DNA of 64,000 nt from Lama glama. Its lineage: Eukaryota. The notes under the pieces are model-generated. The model saw only the letters and a program-made list of their open reading frames with translations, was not told the DNA's origin and ran no database searches. The position numbers and the translations under genes were made by a program. Shown here one piece after another: positions 39,945 through 53,258 of the stretch; within the stretch, counting starts at the first letter, position 1, and each line of letters opens with the position of its first letter. The stretch lies in NCBI GenBank assembly GCA_028534125.1, contig CM052816.1, positions 33,234,001 to 33,298,000 on the forward strand, read 5' to 3'.

Positions 39945-42600
39945 AGAGGGCAGAGACCAAGATGATGGCATAGAAGGACATGGAGCTCACCTCTTCCCAC
40001 AAATACATCAAAAATATATCTACATGTGGAATAATTCTCACAAAATACCTAATGAATTCTGGCAGAAGATCTCACACAACCAAAACTGCAAGGTCACCAT
40101 GTAACCAGATAGGGCAGTGCCAACAACAGTGCATTCTGTGAGCCTGCACACCTGGTGGCAGGTAACATCACAGAGCACACGTCCTGGTGGACAACTCCTG
40201 TAGAGGGATACATAGCAGCTCCTTTCCTGCAAGAGCATTCCAGTCCTGCCCACCTCACATAACAGTTTAGAAACAGATCTGGGGGCTCCTACTCCAATAA
40301 CAGGGGACCAGACCCTATCCCCACAGGGCTTTCACAACCACAGAGCAAAGAGGAGGCCCCACTCAACATCCAGTGCAGGCTCTGGTCATCACAACATCAA
40401 TCACACCCCCATCAAGGGGACAGTGACCAGCGCTCACTAAGGAAAGATGTGGCAGGCATCCATACCAAAAATAGCCCTCATACCAAAAATATTGGACTCA
40501 CATGGCCTATACAGGGACCCTCCCACATAAAAACAGCCCCTCAAGACCATGGTAGATAACTGTTTCTCTTGATTTCATAAGGTCAGAGAAGTATAAGTAA
40601 AATGAAAAAGCAGAGGAACCACTTCCAACAAAAAGAACAAGAGAAATCCCCTGAAAGAACAATGAAACAGAACTCTCTAGTCTACCAGACCCTGAGTTAA
40701 AAAATGAGGTAATAAAAATTCTAAAAGAGTTAAGAAAAGCTAGCAATATAAATGCAGAGCACTGTAACAAGGAACTAGAAACTATAAAGAGGATCCAATT
40801 AAAATTAGAAAACTCATGTGATGAGACAAAAGCCAAAGACAATAAATAGCAAACTAAATAATGAAGAAGAGTGAATAAATGATCTGGCACATAGAATAAT
40901 GGAAATCACCCAATTAGAACACTAAACAGCAAGACAAAAAAAAAAAAGCAAGATAGAGTCCTATGGGACAATGTAAAGCATGCCAATTTATGCATAATAG
41001 GGGTTCAAGAAGGACAAAAAAGAGAAAAGGGGACCAAAAATGTATTTGAAGAAATTATAGCTGAAAACTTCCCAAACCTAAAGAAGGAAATAGATATCCA
41101 GGCACAGGAAGCACAGAGGGTCTCGAACAAGATGAACCCAAACAGACCTACACCAAGACATATCATAATCAAAATGGCAGAAGTTAAAGAGAAGATTCTA
41201 AAGTCAATAAGAGAAAAACAAAGAATTACAAGGGAATCTCATAAGACTATCAGCTGATTTCTCTACAGAAACATTGCAGGCCAGAAGGGAGTAGCAAGGT
41301 GTATTTAAAGTCCTGAAAGGGAAAAAACGTGCAACTTAGGATACTCTACCCAGCAATATTATCATTTAGAATAGGAGAGAAAAAGAACTTCTCAGACAAG
41401 CAAAAACCAAAATACAGCAATATTAAAACTATCCTAAAAGAAATATTGAAAGGTCTTCTCTAAATAGAAAAGAAGCAAGAATCTATCTACAGGAAAGGGA
41501 AAATCACAATAGGAAAGCAAATATAAAAAGGATTGTAAATGGCCTAAATAAGCCAGTACATAGATTTTTTTTAAAAATCAAGGAAATTTTGTGAAAGTGA
41601 TTATAACTACAATGAACAGCAAAAGAAGAAACATGAAGATGTAAAAGAGGACATTAAAAACATAAAATATAGGGAGGGGAATAAAAAAATGTAGATGGCC
41701 AATAGGCACATGAAAAGATGCTCAACATCTCTAATTATTAGAGAAATGCAAATCAAAACTACAATGAAGCATCACTGATCAGAATGGCCATGATTAAAAA
41801 GTTTACAGATAGTAAATGCTGGAGAGAATATGGAGAAAAGGGAACTCTCCCACATTGCTGGTGAGAATGTAAATTGGTGCAGCCACTATGGAGAACAGTA
41901 TGGAGCTTCCTTAAAAAACTAAAAATAAAGCTACCATATGATCCAGCAATCCCACTCCTGGGCATATAACTGGAAAAGATGAAAACCCCAGTTTGAACCC
42001 CAATATTCATAGCAGCACTATTTACAACAGCTAAGACACAAAAGCAGCCTGTGTCCATCAGCAGATGAATGGATAAAGATGTGATATATACATACATATA
42101 TACACAAATATATATATATATAAAGTGAAATACTACTCAGCCATAAAAAAGAGTGAAATAATGCCATTTGCAGCAACATGGATGGACCTAAAGATTACCA
42201 TGCCAAGCGAAGTAAATCAGAAAGAGAAAGAAAAATCTCATATGATATTACTTACATGTTTAATCTTAAAAAATGATACAAACGAACTTATTTAAAAAAC
42301 AGAAATAGACTCACAGATATAGAAAACAAACTTATGGTTACCGAAGGATAAGAGGGTAGGGAGACAAATTAGGAGTTTGGGATTAACAGATACACACTAC
42401 TATATACAAAATAGATAAACAACAAGGACCTACTGTATAGCACAGGGAACTATATTCAATATCTGGTAATAACCTCTAATGGAAAAGAATATGAAAAAGA
42501 ATATACGTGTGTGTGTGTGTGTGTGTGTGTATATGAATCATTTTGCTATACACCTGAAACTAACACGACATTGTAAATCAACTATATTTCAATTAATAAA
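39945..42600 (+). mobile_element. L1 with 5'UTR, decayed ORF1, inter-ORF spacer and 3' end, but lacking almost all of ORF2
   Basis: ORF1 from ATG 40602 (MKKQRNHFQQKEQEKSPE) to LKEILKGLL-stop at 41463, frameshifted. At ~41695 the sequence jumps to the ORF2 C-terminus (atggccaataggcacatgaaaagatgctcaacatc). 3'UTR contains (GT)12 at 42507-42530. Confidence 0.9.
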
Positions 42601-43227
42601 ATGGGGAAAAAATGAACAACCTCCCAAGTGTTTGTAGCTGAAATTATTTCTAGCTTTTCATTACTGCCTTAAGTGGATTTTGGGAATATCTGACATAAAG
42701 GGAACCCTTTTTCCATCGGAAATCCCAACCATCTGTGAAGCCAGGAAAGAGGGCGAAGCCTCCAAGGCATTTGACACATCCTCTAAGGAATCCTGTCAGT
42801 GAGGATCCCTCAACGGAAGAGGCACAGGAACTCTTTACTGGATGCACCTATTTGTTCTTTTATTCAGCTAATGTTTGGATTAATCTTTTTTTCCTGTGAA
42901 TTTTTTCATCAGCCTTCTCTCTTCCTTCTCTCTCCTGCCAGATACACAAAACACATACTGCGTCTGTTGCTCACCCCCACTGATCAGAGAACTAACTTTC
43001 GGCAACAAGGATAATGGCTTCTCTCTGCTGAAAGCTGTGGGGGACCGTGGGAGCCTGCAGAATGCTCGAGGCTCCCCTAAGTGCCCCGTGCTGCACACTG
43101 TGCCCACTGTGCCTACAGAGCTGCAGGAGAGAGGAGTATTTTTAAGCCACAGCTTCTTATAGATGCAGCTTGTGACATCTGAGCAGAATTTTGGAGACAG
43201 ACGTAGCTTGCTGCCATATATTTGGCT

Positions 43228-43392
43228 GCTGGTACTCCAAGTGTGGTCTGTGGACCTGTAGCGGCTACAACACCTGGGAGTTTCTTAGAAATGCAGAATC
43301 TCAGGTCCCACACCAGAACTGCAGGCTCAGAATATGCAATTTAACAAAATCCCCAAATGATTCCTATGAACACTGAAATTTGAGAAGTACTG
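43228..43392 (+). mobile_element. MER5A-like MITE
   Basis: cacctgggagtttcttagaaatgcagaatctcagg...aaatttgagaagtactg. Confidence 0.85.
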
Positions 43393-43459
43393 ATTGATGG
43401 AAGTTTATCACGTTTATTCTATTTAAGAAACATTCTTAATAGTTATTACTATTAGTGAT

Positions 43460-43705
43460 AGTATTTACTGTAAGCCAAGTACTCTTAAAAACACATTTTT
43501 TTTCCAATAGCAACTCATTTACTCCTCAGAAAAACCTCATTTATAATAGTATAGTAGACCATTACATCCGCCTTTCACAGATGAGGAAATAAACATATGA
43601 AAATATTAAGTACTTGCCTAAGGTCACACAGCTAGTAGGTAATGGAGTCAGGATTAGAATGCCCAAATGTATTCTGTATGTCACAACTCTATACTGCCTG
43701 CCTCT
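43460..43705 (-). mobile_element. MIR
   Basis: ttcacagatgaggaaat...cttgcctaaggtcacacagctagtagg. Confidence 0.75.
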
Positions 43706-44295
43706 TGGAGACTTACAACATATAATTAGAACTGATATTAAAGGATGGACACTTTGCATCATTAAAAAAAATCCACAGGTGTTTTACAGTTTTGGAAGCT
43801 ACAGATTACACTAGAATGTCCAGAGGAACCCTCTGCTCGAAAAGGATTGTTAATTCAGGAAGAGCAACAAGAAGTGGAAACTTCCTCCCATCAGATAATC
43901 AGGCATCCAAGATAAGCAGGAGTGCCAACTTACTAAATAGAGGATATCCTACTAAATAAACAAAAATTATCATATTTTAGTGACACATTTAAAAACATTT
44001 TTAGAAATGAAGGTCAGTTTGAATGGTAAAGTAAAAAGGTTTAACCCACATGCTCGGGAACCTTACCCAGTTAGTGCCCAAACAATGTAGTAGAAACCAA
44101 GGGAAATAAGTAAAATTTAAGTGTTCGTACTTTTCTTGCTTGGCTTGTCAAAGTCAAATCAAAATACTTCAAAACTAGTTGCAGACCACCCACAGAGCTG
44201 GGCCTCTGGGTTTCTGGAACTGTCTACGTGGTGACGTGACTTGGGCAGACCCAGCTACTCAGCCACTTTCTGCGTACTCTCTTTTCTGGGTATTG

Positions 44296-44340
44296 CATCC
44301 TTTTGAAACACCACCTTTTGAAACACATCCTTTTGAAGCA
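44296..44340. repeat. 15-bp tandem repeat, 3 copies
   Basis: catccttttgaaaca / ccaccttttgaaaca / catccttttgaagca. Confidence 0.85.
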
Positions 44341-44804
44341 GCTCTGATCTCCAGTTTGCCCATGGACTTGGGTTTCCTGGTGGACTGTTTCCTAGTCCCC
44401 AGAGCAGTGTTCAACAGAAACACCAGGAAATAGCACCTTAGCTGCAATATTTTCTCTGAAGCCTCCAGAAAGTGAATTTCACCCCAGTCAAAACAACACC
44501 TTTAACACATCTGGAAAAATCATTAACAGTGTTGGATAGCTATCATGTTAGAATCTGTGTGTTCACTCAGTCCTGAGTCCAGGGGCACACACAAAGAACA
44601 GAGGAGTTGGGTCTTGATAAAGTAAGAAAAATTCCAACAACAATTTCTTCTCTAGCAACTCCAGAAGAACTCAGAAACCTCTCAAAAAGGGTCCTTTTTA
44701 TGTTTATAGAAAATCAATTGCCTATGCAAATAAAAATAAATGGACTAGTGTGCCAGTTATGCAAAAGTGCAACTTTTGGTTTAATTCTGAGAAGCAAAAA
44801 GGAC

Positions 44805-46215
44805 TTCATTGATTCTCTCCACAAATATTTCCTGAGTGCCTCCATGTGCCAGGTTTCTGTGCTAGGCCTGAGGATTTATTGGTGAACAAAAACAGGCAGA
44901 GTCCCTGTTCTCATGAACTCATGGCTGAGTGGGCCAGAAAGACATTCATCAAGAAATTTCCACAAATGTACATATTGTTACAACCTGAAATAAGTGTTCT
45001 GAAGGCAAGAAATAGGGAAGGGCCAAAGAAGGCTGAAAAAGGGATGCTGAAGCTGAGCTCAGGAGTTTGAGAACAGCTGGATGTCATGAGCTGCTTGGGA
45101 ACTGGATGGGAAACGACAGCAGAACACAGGGGAGAAACTGAAACTCCAGGACTAGAGCAGCTGGTAGAGGGAGAGCCAGGAGGAGAGAGAACACAATGAG
45201 GCAAGGGAGGAAAGAGGCAGTGGAACCATGCAGGGCCTATTTTGGCTAAGTTAAGAATTCTGACTCACCCGAAGGGTTTTAAGCTGGAGTAACATGAGCA
45301 GACTGGTACTTCACAAAGATCTCTTCTGACCACAGTGTGGAAGACTAGGAGGGCCAAGGGCCAAGGGAGACCCAAGAAAGTCAGTTAGGAGTATCTGCAG
45401 TACTCTAAGGGAGAGAATTAAGGGTGGGAACAGAGATGGAAAGAAATGGACAGATCTGAGAGAGATTTAGAAGGTAAAATAATAGGACTTGGTGATGAAA
45501 CCAACATGGGCGTTGATGGAAAAGGGGGCATCAAGGATGACGCCAAGATTCTTCTGGCTTGTGGACGTGGGTGTACAGCAGTCACAGTCACTGAGAGGGC
45601 AAGACTCAGGCAGAGATCAGGAATCCAACACTGGACTTGTATGGTTCAACATAGTTTAGAAATATCTGGTGGGAGATGATTTATAGGCAATTGAGTTAAT
45701 TGGTTCTGCAGGTCTGAGGCTCAGAAGAGAAGCCTGAGCTGGACATTTACTTCGGGAGTCAATGGCTTCTTCAGAAGATAACTGAAGCTGAAACATAAAT
45801 AAGAGAGATGAAACATAAACACTGAGACAGAATGGATGGGGTTAAATGAAGAAGGAACAAAAGTTGATACCTTGTGAAATTGTGACCCCTAATAGGTAGA
45901 AAAGGTGAACCTGAAAATGAGACAGAAAGTAGGAGTCAGACAGACGGGAGAAAAGCAAGAAGACTGTGCCAGAAAGAGGGGGGCTGCAAGCGGCGGGCAC
46001 CGGTCCACATAGTCGACTGCTGAGAGGTAACACACAGTGAGGACTGAGAGTGTCGTTTTATTTACTGACAAGAAGGTCACCAGTGACCTTAGCGCTATTT
46101 CCATGGAGTGAAAGTGTGGATGGATGAGAGTGACAGATGCCAGAACTGAGGGGTTGAGGACCTTATGGGGAGAAGAAAATGGAGAAAGGAGGTATAGACA
46201 ATCCTGCAGAATCAA
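44805..46215 (-). mobile_element. L2 (L2a-like), ~1.4 kb
   Basis: caaatatttcctgagtgcctccatgtgccagg at the 3' end, continuing to gaaggtcaccagtgaccttag...atagacaatc. Confidence 0.8.
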
Positions 46216-46279
46216 GCAGGAAACTCTTACTCAGACTAAAAGCCAGTCTCAACAATAACAGACAAGGCCATAGAACCTA

Positions 46280-46625
46280 CCCGCTCCTCACTTCTTCCAC
46301 TTTCCTTCCCTTTCTCCCCCAGCCACACTCACTTCCTTATTCTTTGGATACACCAGCTTCCACCTCATGGCTTTTGCATTTGCTGTCCCTTCAATTAGGA
46401 ACCTTATTCCTCCATGTAAATAAAGGGCTGCTCCCTAACTCTTCAGGTTTTTGCTCAAAGATTATTTTCTCATTTGACAGATCATATTTTGGTTTTGGGT
46501 TTATTATTTATCTCAACCTTCACCTTCCAAGAATGTATGTTTCTTGAGGGCAGAGAATTTTGTCCATTTTGATAACTGCTGTAGTCTCAATGATTAAACC
46601 AGTATCTAATACTCAATGAAAATGT
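46280..46625 (+). mobile_element. L2 3' end
   Basis: cttttgcatttgctgtccctt...cttgagggcagagaattttgtc. Confidence 0.7.
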
Positions 46626-46689
46626 AACCTGTCAAAAAATGTGTTAAAAATAAAATATTTGAAGAAATAAAATAAATAGCTTTAATATA

Positions 46690-49370
46690 TACTGTGAAGT
46701 ATCAACTAGAGAAATAAAGAGGTTTAAAAAAATCTTCATTCATGATAGCAACAAAATTTGGAGGAAAAGATAGAGAAACAAAACAAAACAAAAAATAATA
46801 TGCAAACATGAGGAAAACCACTGAGTGACATTAAAAAGACCGAGTAAAAGGGGAGGCATATAATCCCTCTTATGAAAGAACTGGCTTGAAGAGATATCAA
46901 TTCTTCCTATGTTAATTAGGAAATGTATCACAAGTCCAATTAAAATTCAACGAATTTCTACATCAGACTAAAAAGCTTTTGTACAGCAAAGGAAAGGATC
47001 AACAAAACGAAAAGGCTGCCTACTGAATGAGAGAACATAGTTGCAAATGATACAGCTGATAAGCAGTTAATATTCAAAATATATGAAGAACTTATGCAAC
47101 TCAACATCAAAAAATAAACAACTCAATTTAAAAATGGGCAGAGGATGTGAATAGACATTCTTCCAAAGAAGACCTACCGATGGCCAAAACACACATGAAA
47201 TCACTCAATATCAATAATTACCAGGGATCAAATAAAATCAAAACCACGAGTTATCACCTCACACCTGGCAGAGTGGCTATCATCAAAAAGATAATAAATA
47301 ACAAGTATTGATGAGAATGTGGAGAAAAGGGAACCCTTCTGCACATGCACTATTGGTGGGAATGTAAACTGGTGCAGCTACTATGGAAGACAGCATGGTG
47401 GTTCCTTAAAAAATTAAAAATAGAACTACCATATGATCCAGCAATTCCACTCCTGGGTATTTATCTGAAGAAAACAAAAATACTAATTCAAAAAGATACA
47501 TGTACCCCTATGTTCATCATAGTATTATTTATAATAATCAAGAAATGGAAGCAACCTAAGTGCCCACTGATAGATGAATGGATAAACAACATATATGTGA
47601 TATATATATATATAATGGAATGTTACTCAGCTATAAAAAGTGAAATCTTGCTATTTATGACAACATGGGTGGATCTAGAAGGTATTAAGTAAAATAAGTC
47701 AGACAAACACAAACACCATATGATTTTACTCATATGTGGAATATAAAAAAACAAAACAAATAAACAAACATAACAAGACAGAAACAGAGTCAAAGATACA
47801 GAGAGGGAAGGAAGGTTGAGGGATGAGAGAAATAAGTGAGGGAGATTAAGAGGTGCAAACTTTCAGTTACAAAATAAATGAGTCACGGGTATAAAATGTA
47901 CACCATGGGAAATATAGTCAATAATAATGGAATCTCTTTGTATGGTGACAGATGGTAACTAGGCATATTGTGGTGATCAGTTTATAGTGTATAGAAATAT
48001 TGAATCACTATGCATGCTCCAGCAACTCACATAGTGTTGGAGGTCAATTAAACTTCAAAAGCAAACAAACTCATAGAAAAAGAGATCAAATTTGCAGTTA
48101 CCAGAGTTAGGGGACAGCGGGAGGGGAAACTAGATAAAGACTATCAAAAGGTACAGACTTCCAGTCTTAAGATAAATAAGTACTAGGGATGTCATGCACA
48201 ACATGATAAGTGTAATTGACACTGCTGTGTTACAAATGAAAGCTGTTAAGAGAGAAAATCCTTGGAGCTCTCATCACAAGGAAAAAATGTTTTCCTTTTT
48301 CTTTTATTTTCTATCTGTATGAGACGACAGATGTTCACTAAACTTGTGGTAATCATTTCATGATGTATGTAAGTCAAATCATTGCGCTGTATCCCTTAAA
48401 CTTATTCAGCACTGTGTGACCATTATATCTTAACAAAACTAGAAAGAAAAAATTCAACGGAACTTGTAAAGTACTTTTAGAAGAGAAAAATGCCCAGAAA
48501 TAGCCAAGATGATTTTGGGGGGGGGGGATAAGGAGAGAGAATGAGGGAAGCCAATTCATGTGGAATATATAACCATAATCTGAAGAAACAATACATACAT
48601 CAATACACCAATAGATAGGTCAATAAAAGAAAATGTAGACTCTATAATCAGGTGGAAATATACATACTTTTAAAGTTAGTATATAATAAAGTAAACTTTC
48701 AGATCAGTATGGAAAGGATGGATTTATTAAATGAAATTAGGACAACTGAGTAATCATTTAGGGGAAAAACGATGTTTCTATCATTTAACTCATGTACACA
48801 GAAATTCCAGGAGAATTAGATATTTACAAAATGAACCCATAAGATAGCCATAAGAAAATAATGTCAATATTTATCCATTAAGTTCAAAGACAGAGCCTTA
48901 ACACATGCAAAAGTAAAGGAAGAAAGTGACAGATATGGCTACATAAAAATTTAAAACTTGTATTTTGCAAAAGATATCACAAACAAATTTTAAAAGAAAG
49001 CAAAAATTTGAGGAAAACATTTGCAACCTGACAAAAAAATTAATGTCCTTAATATATAAAGACTTCTCATAAATCAAAAGGAAAAACACAACTTCTCTAA
49101 CAAAAAAAAATGAACATTGAGAAAATTCACAAATTTGAAATACAGATAGTCAATAAATAAATGAAAAAGATGTCCAAATTTACTAGGTTTCAAAGAATTG
49201 TAAAATTAAATAATGTGATACCATTATTCAGATGCCAGATTGATGAAAGCTAAAAAATGTAATGATGTTTAATGTTACTGAATATGTGAGAAAATAGGCA
49301 CTTTTATAGACTGCGATGGCAAAGTAAAGTCTGAAAGGCAATACAGCAATATATTAACCCAGATATCACC
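46690..49370 (+). mobile_element. Old L1 ORF2 remnant hosting a younger L1
   Basis: Diverged ORF2 sequence at 46690-46950 resumes at 48460-49370. Confidence 0.65.
46953..48448 (+). mobile_element. 5'-truncated L1 (L1MA9-related, laurasiatherian-type 3'UTR)
   Basis: [39 protein letters not shown]; long 3'UTR; TSD aaaattcaacg at 46942-46952 and 48449-48459. Confidence 0.9.
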
Positions 49371-49377
49371 AGAGGGG

Positions 49378-49764
49378 TTTATTAGTTTCCTAGTGCTGCC
49401 ATCAACAAAGCACCACAGACTAGATGGCTTAAGCAACAGAAGTTTATCTTCTCTCCATTCTGGAGGCTAGAAGTCCAAGAGCAAGGTGTTCAAGGTATTG
49501 ATTTCATTCTGAGGCCTCTCTCTCCTTGGCTTGGAGATGGCTGTCTTTCCCCTTTGTCTTTACATGGACTTCCCTCTGTGCAACTCTGTGTCCTAATCTC
49601 CTCTAATAAGGACATCAGTTGTACTGCATTAGGGCCCACCCCCAAAAGGTGCATTTAACCTTATATCTCTTAAAGACCCTATCTCCCAATATAGTCACAT
49701 TCTGAAGTACTGGGGATTAGGCCTTCAAGATACGAATTTGGGGTACACAACTCAGCCCATGACA
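49378..49764 (-). mobile_element. MLT1B-like MaLR solo LTR
   Basis: tattagtttcctagtgctgcc...ttctggaggctagaagtccaag...cacaactcagcccatgaca. Confidence 0.85.
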
Positions 49765-49824
49765 GAAGGGGTTTTCAAAGATGCAAGTATATTTGCCACA
49801 GCATTGCTTATAAAAGTCAGAAAG

Positions 49825-50349
49825 TGTGGTAGGTAGCATTCTGAGGTAGCTCCTGATGATCCCTGCCTTCTGGGAGTCACACATTTCTGTAACCCACCCC
49901 CTCCTTTGAATGTCAGCTGAACCTGGGAACTTACTTCTACAGAGCAGAATACAGCAAAAGTTAGGAATGTCACTTTTGAAATCACAGTACAGAAGACTGT
50001 GGCTTCTGTCTGCCTGGCTCTTCTTGTGTGTTTGCTTTGTTGAAGAGGAACGCCGAGTAAGGAACGGAGGGTAGCATTTGGTCTACAGTTAGTAAGGAAC
50101 TAAAGCCTCTGTCCAACAGCCCTCCAGGAACTGAAGGCTGTCAACAACCATGGAGGAAACTGGGATCCACCCAACTAAACCTTGAGATGACACTGGCCCT
50201 GGCGGATACTGTGACTGCAGCCTCGTAAGAGACCCTTAAATAGAGGACTCAGCCAAGTTGTGCTTGGATTCAAGACCTATGAAGCTGTGAGAAGATAAAT
50301 ATGTGTTGTTTTAAGCCACTGAGTTTTGGGGTAAGCAACAAATAAGACA
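49825..50349 (+). mobile_element. MLT1E/F-like MaLR solo LTR
   Basis: TG...CA ends with a perfect 5-bp TSD gaaag (49820-24, 50350-54); tgtgttgttttaagccactgagttttgggg. Confidence 0.88.
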
Positions 50350-50549
50350 GAAAGTAAAATAAAACTTCTTTAGAGAGACATCTAGTATAATACATTGGGT
50401 TATACACACACATATCATGGAATACTTAATTTAAAATGGTGATATAAGGTCCATATTTACACAGAAAATTAACATGAAATAGTCTGCTAAAAAAAAGCAG
50501 ACTGAATCACAGCCTGCCTATTAGAATCCCATCTACATAAATACATGAG

Positions 50550-52460
50550 TGTTCCAGGATGCTTTGGGCCATAAGTAAAGAAGATACAATTCAAGCAATC
50601 TTAAATAATACAGAAATGCATTGGCTTGTACAGGAGGAAGGCTAGAGGCAGGGTGGCTCAATCAGCATTATCATGGCTCCAGCCTTTTCCATGCCGTTAC
50701 TCTCCCTTAAAAGGTGGTCTTCTTCATGGAAGCAACCTAAATGTCCATCGACAGGTGACTGAGTAAAGAAGTGCTGGCATATATATATATATATACACAC
50801 ACACTCAGCCATAAGAAAGAATAAAATACTACTCAGCCATGAAAAATAATGAAATAATGCCATTTGCAGCAGCATGGATGGACTGGAGATTGTCATACTA
50901 AGTGAAGTAAGCCAGAAAGAGAAAGAAAAACACCATATCACTTACATGTGGTATCTAAAAAAAAAATGACACAAAATAACTTATTTACAAAATAGAAACA
51001 GACTCACAGACATAGAAAACAAACTTATGGTTACCAGAGGGGAAAGAGGAGGGTGGAGGCATAAAATGGGAGTTTGGGATTTGCAGATACTAACTACTGC
51101 ATATAAAATAGATAAACAATAAGGTTCTACTGTACAGCACAGGAAACTATATTCAATATCTTGTAGTAAAATATAATGAAAAAGAATATGAAAAGGAATA
51201 TATATGTATAACTGAATCACTATGCTATACACCAGAAATTAACACAACATTGTAAACCAACTATACTTCAATAAAAAAGGTAAAAAATAGAAAACAAAAC
51301 AAAACTCCACAATGAGATGTCACCTCACACCTGTCAGAATGGCTATCATCAGAAAGTCTACAAATAACAAATGCTGGAGACGGTGTGGAGAACAGGGAAC
51401 CCTCCTACACTGTGAGTGGGAATGTAATTTGGTGCAACCACTATGGAAAATAGTATGGAGGTTCCTTAAAAAACTAAAAATAGAGTTACCATATGATCCA
51501 GCAGTCCCATTTCCTGGGCATATATCTAGAAAAGACAAAAGCTCTAATATGAAATGACACATGTACCCCAATGTTCATAGCAGCATTATTTACAATAGCC
51601 AAGATATGGATGCAACCTAACTGTCCATCAACAGATGGATGGATAAAGAAGCGGTAGTATATATACACTATGGAATATTACTCAGCCATTAAAAAGAATG
51701 AAATTCTGCCATTTGCAGCAACGTGTATGGACCTAGACAATATTATGCTTAGTGAAATAAGGCAGTCAGAGATAATACTGTATGATATCACTTATATGTG
51801 GAATCTAAAAAATAATACAATCAAATGCATATGTAAAACAGAAACAGACCCACAGGTATAAAAAATAAGTTTGCGGTTATCAAAGCAGAGAGGGAAGGGA
51901 AAAGGAACTAATTAGCAGTATGGGATTAACAGATACAAACTACTATGTATAAAATAGATAAGCAACAGGATATATCTATTGTATAGCAAAGGAAATTATA
52001 GCCATTACCCTGTAATAAAGTATAATGTAGTGTAATCTGTAAAAATACTGAATCACTATGCTGTACGCTTGAAACTAACATAAGTCAACTGTACTTCAGT
52101 TCAAAAAAAAGTTAACAGCCAAAAAAAAAAAGTGTGGTCTACTTCCTAATATTAATTTCCCTTTGGGTCCGTAGTGGTTGCTATTGGCAATCAAGGGTCC
52201 ATGCATCTACTTCATGCTCAGATCCCATTTAGGAGGGAAAGAGAAGGAGTTGCTTCCAGTAACTATACTAGAAGAATGTGAAAAACTTTTCCAGCAATCT
52301 CCAGCAAACTTTTTCTAGAGATTCATTAGTGCAAGTCTCATCACATGCCCATTCCTAACTCAAATGTTGTTAAGAGGCTGGGATTACTCTTGGATCCCAC
52401 TTCTCTTTATATTTGGAAGTGGGACCCTGCCACACATGGGTTTCTTGTAGGAGGACTGAT
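50550..52460 (-). mobile_element. Old MLT1K/L-like LTR split by an L1 insertion
   Basis: Degenerate MaLR motifs at 50550-50720 and 52130-52460 (tcacatgcccattcctaac). Confidence 0.5.
50726..52127 (+). mobile_element. Two tandem L1 3' ends (about 50726-51295 and 51296-52127) within one TSD pair
   Basis: Each unit has an ORF2 tail, 3'UTR and A-rich end. Flanks are aaaaggtggtcttcttc (50709-50725) and aaaagtgtggtctacttc (52128-52145). Confidence 0.9.
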
Positions 52461-52724
52461 GGCTCGCACTTTTCTTAGGGGGTCTTTGGGAAGAAGAGAG
52501 GTCAGGATAGATGGTGTGTGGGCAGCTATAACGTGTACTACATCATATTTGTGTGTGTGTGTCTGTGTATTTACTATCTCTAGGTAGATAAGATTAAGAA
52601 TGATCTCATTTTCTTTGCATTTTTCCTTACAGAATGAATTTTTTTTTTTTGCAATAAGGTTCAGGGCCTACGAAGCGCAATATTTAAATATTAGAGATTT
52701 AAACAATAATCCCTGTTTTGTGAG

Positions 52725-53258
52725 CTATCTCTGTGGGTTCTGTCTTAAGCGCACATGCTGGTACCTGATTGGGGGTATACGCAAGGAGCAAGAGTGCAGG
52801 GAACAGCTGAGTGAGGAAACAAAGCGGAAGGACTAATGTAAGGGGTGCGTACCCAAACTGGCTACAGTTTTGCAGCACATGGAGCTGGCTCTCTCCTCTT
52901 ACAGAATGTCTCCAGAGATGGCATCGGAAACAACTGCATTCAGGAGTTCCTCAAGGGGAAGGAAGGAGGAGCAGCTTAGCAGCTGGTTCCTTCGCTTCCT
53001 GTCTCTCACTGGTTGCAGCCTCACAGGGTGTGACCTCCACAGCATCTCAGGGTTGTGCACTTGAGTCTTCCAGACAGCTGCTGAGGAAGCCAGAGCCTCT
53101 GGAGGACGGTCTCTCTTTGTCATCAGGGCTGCCCTGGGCTCCTCTGCGGGAGGGAGCAGGGCAGCAGGAAAGCTGTCGCTAGTGCTACTCTGGCTGAAGT
53201 GAAGAAACAGTGATACAGGGTGGGAGGTGAAGCTAAGTGACCATTCTGGGCCAGTTAC
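52725..53258 (-). mobile_element. LTR33/LTR41-like ERVL solo LTR
   Basis: tgggttctgtcttaagc...ggagcaagagtgcagggaa...aaggggtgcgt pattern; ends ...gttaca. Confidence 0.5.

Noticed and set aside
44296..44340. CRISPR-like array or TCF/LEF site cluster
   Set aside because: Only three abutting 15-mers with no spacers, in a mammalian genome; not an exact TCF motif.
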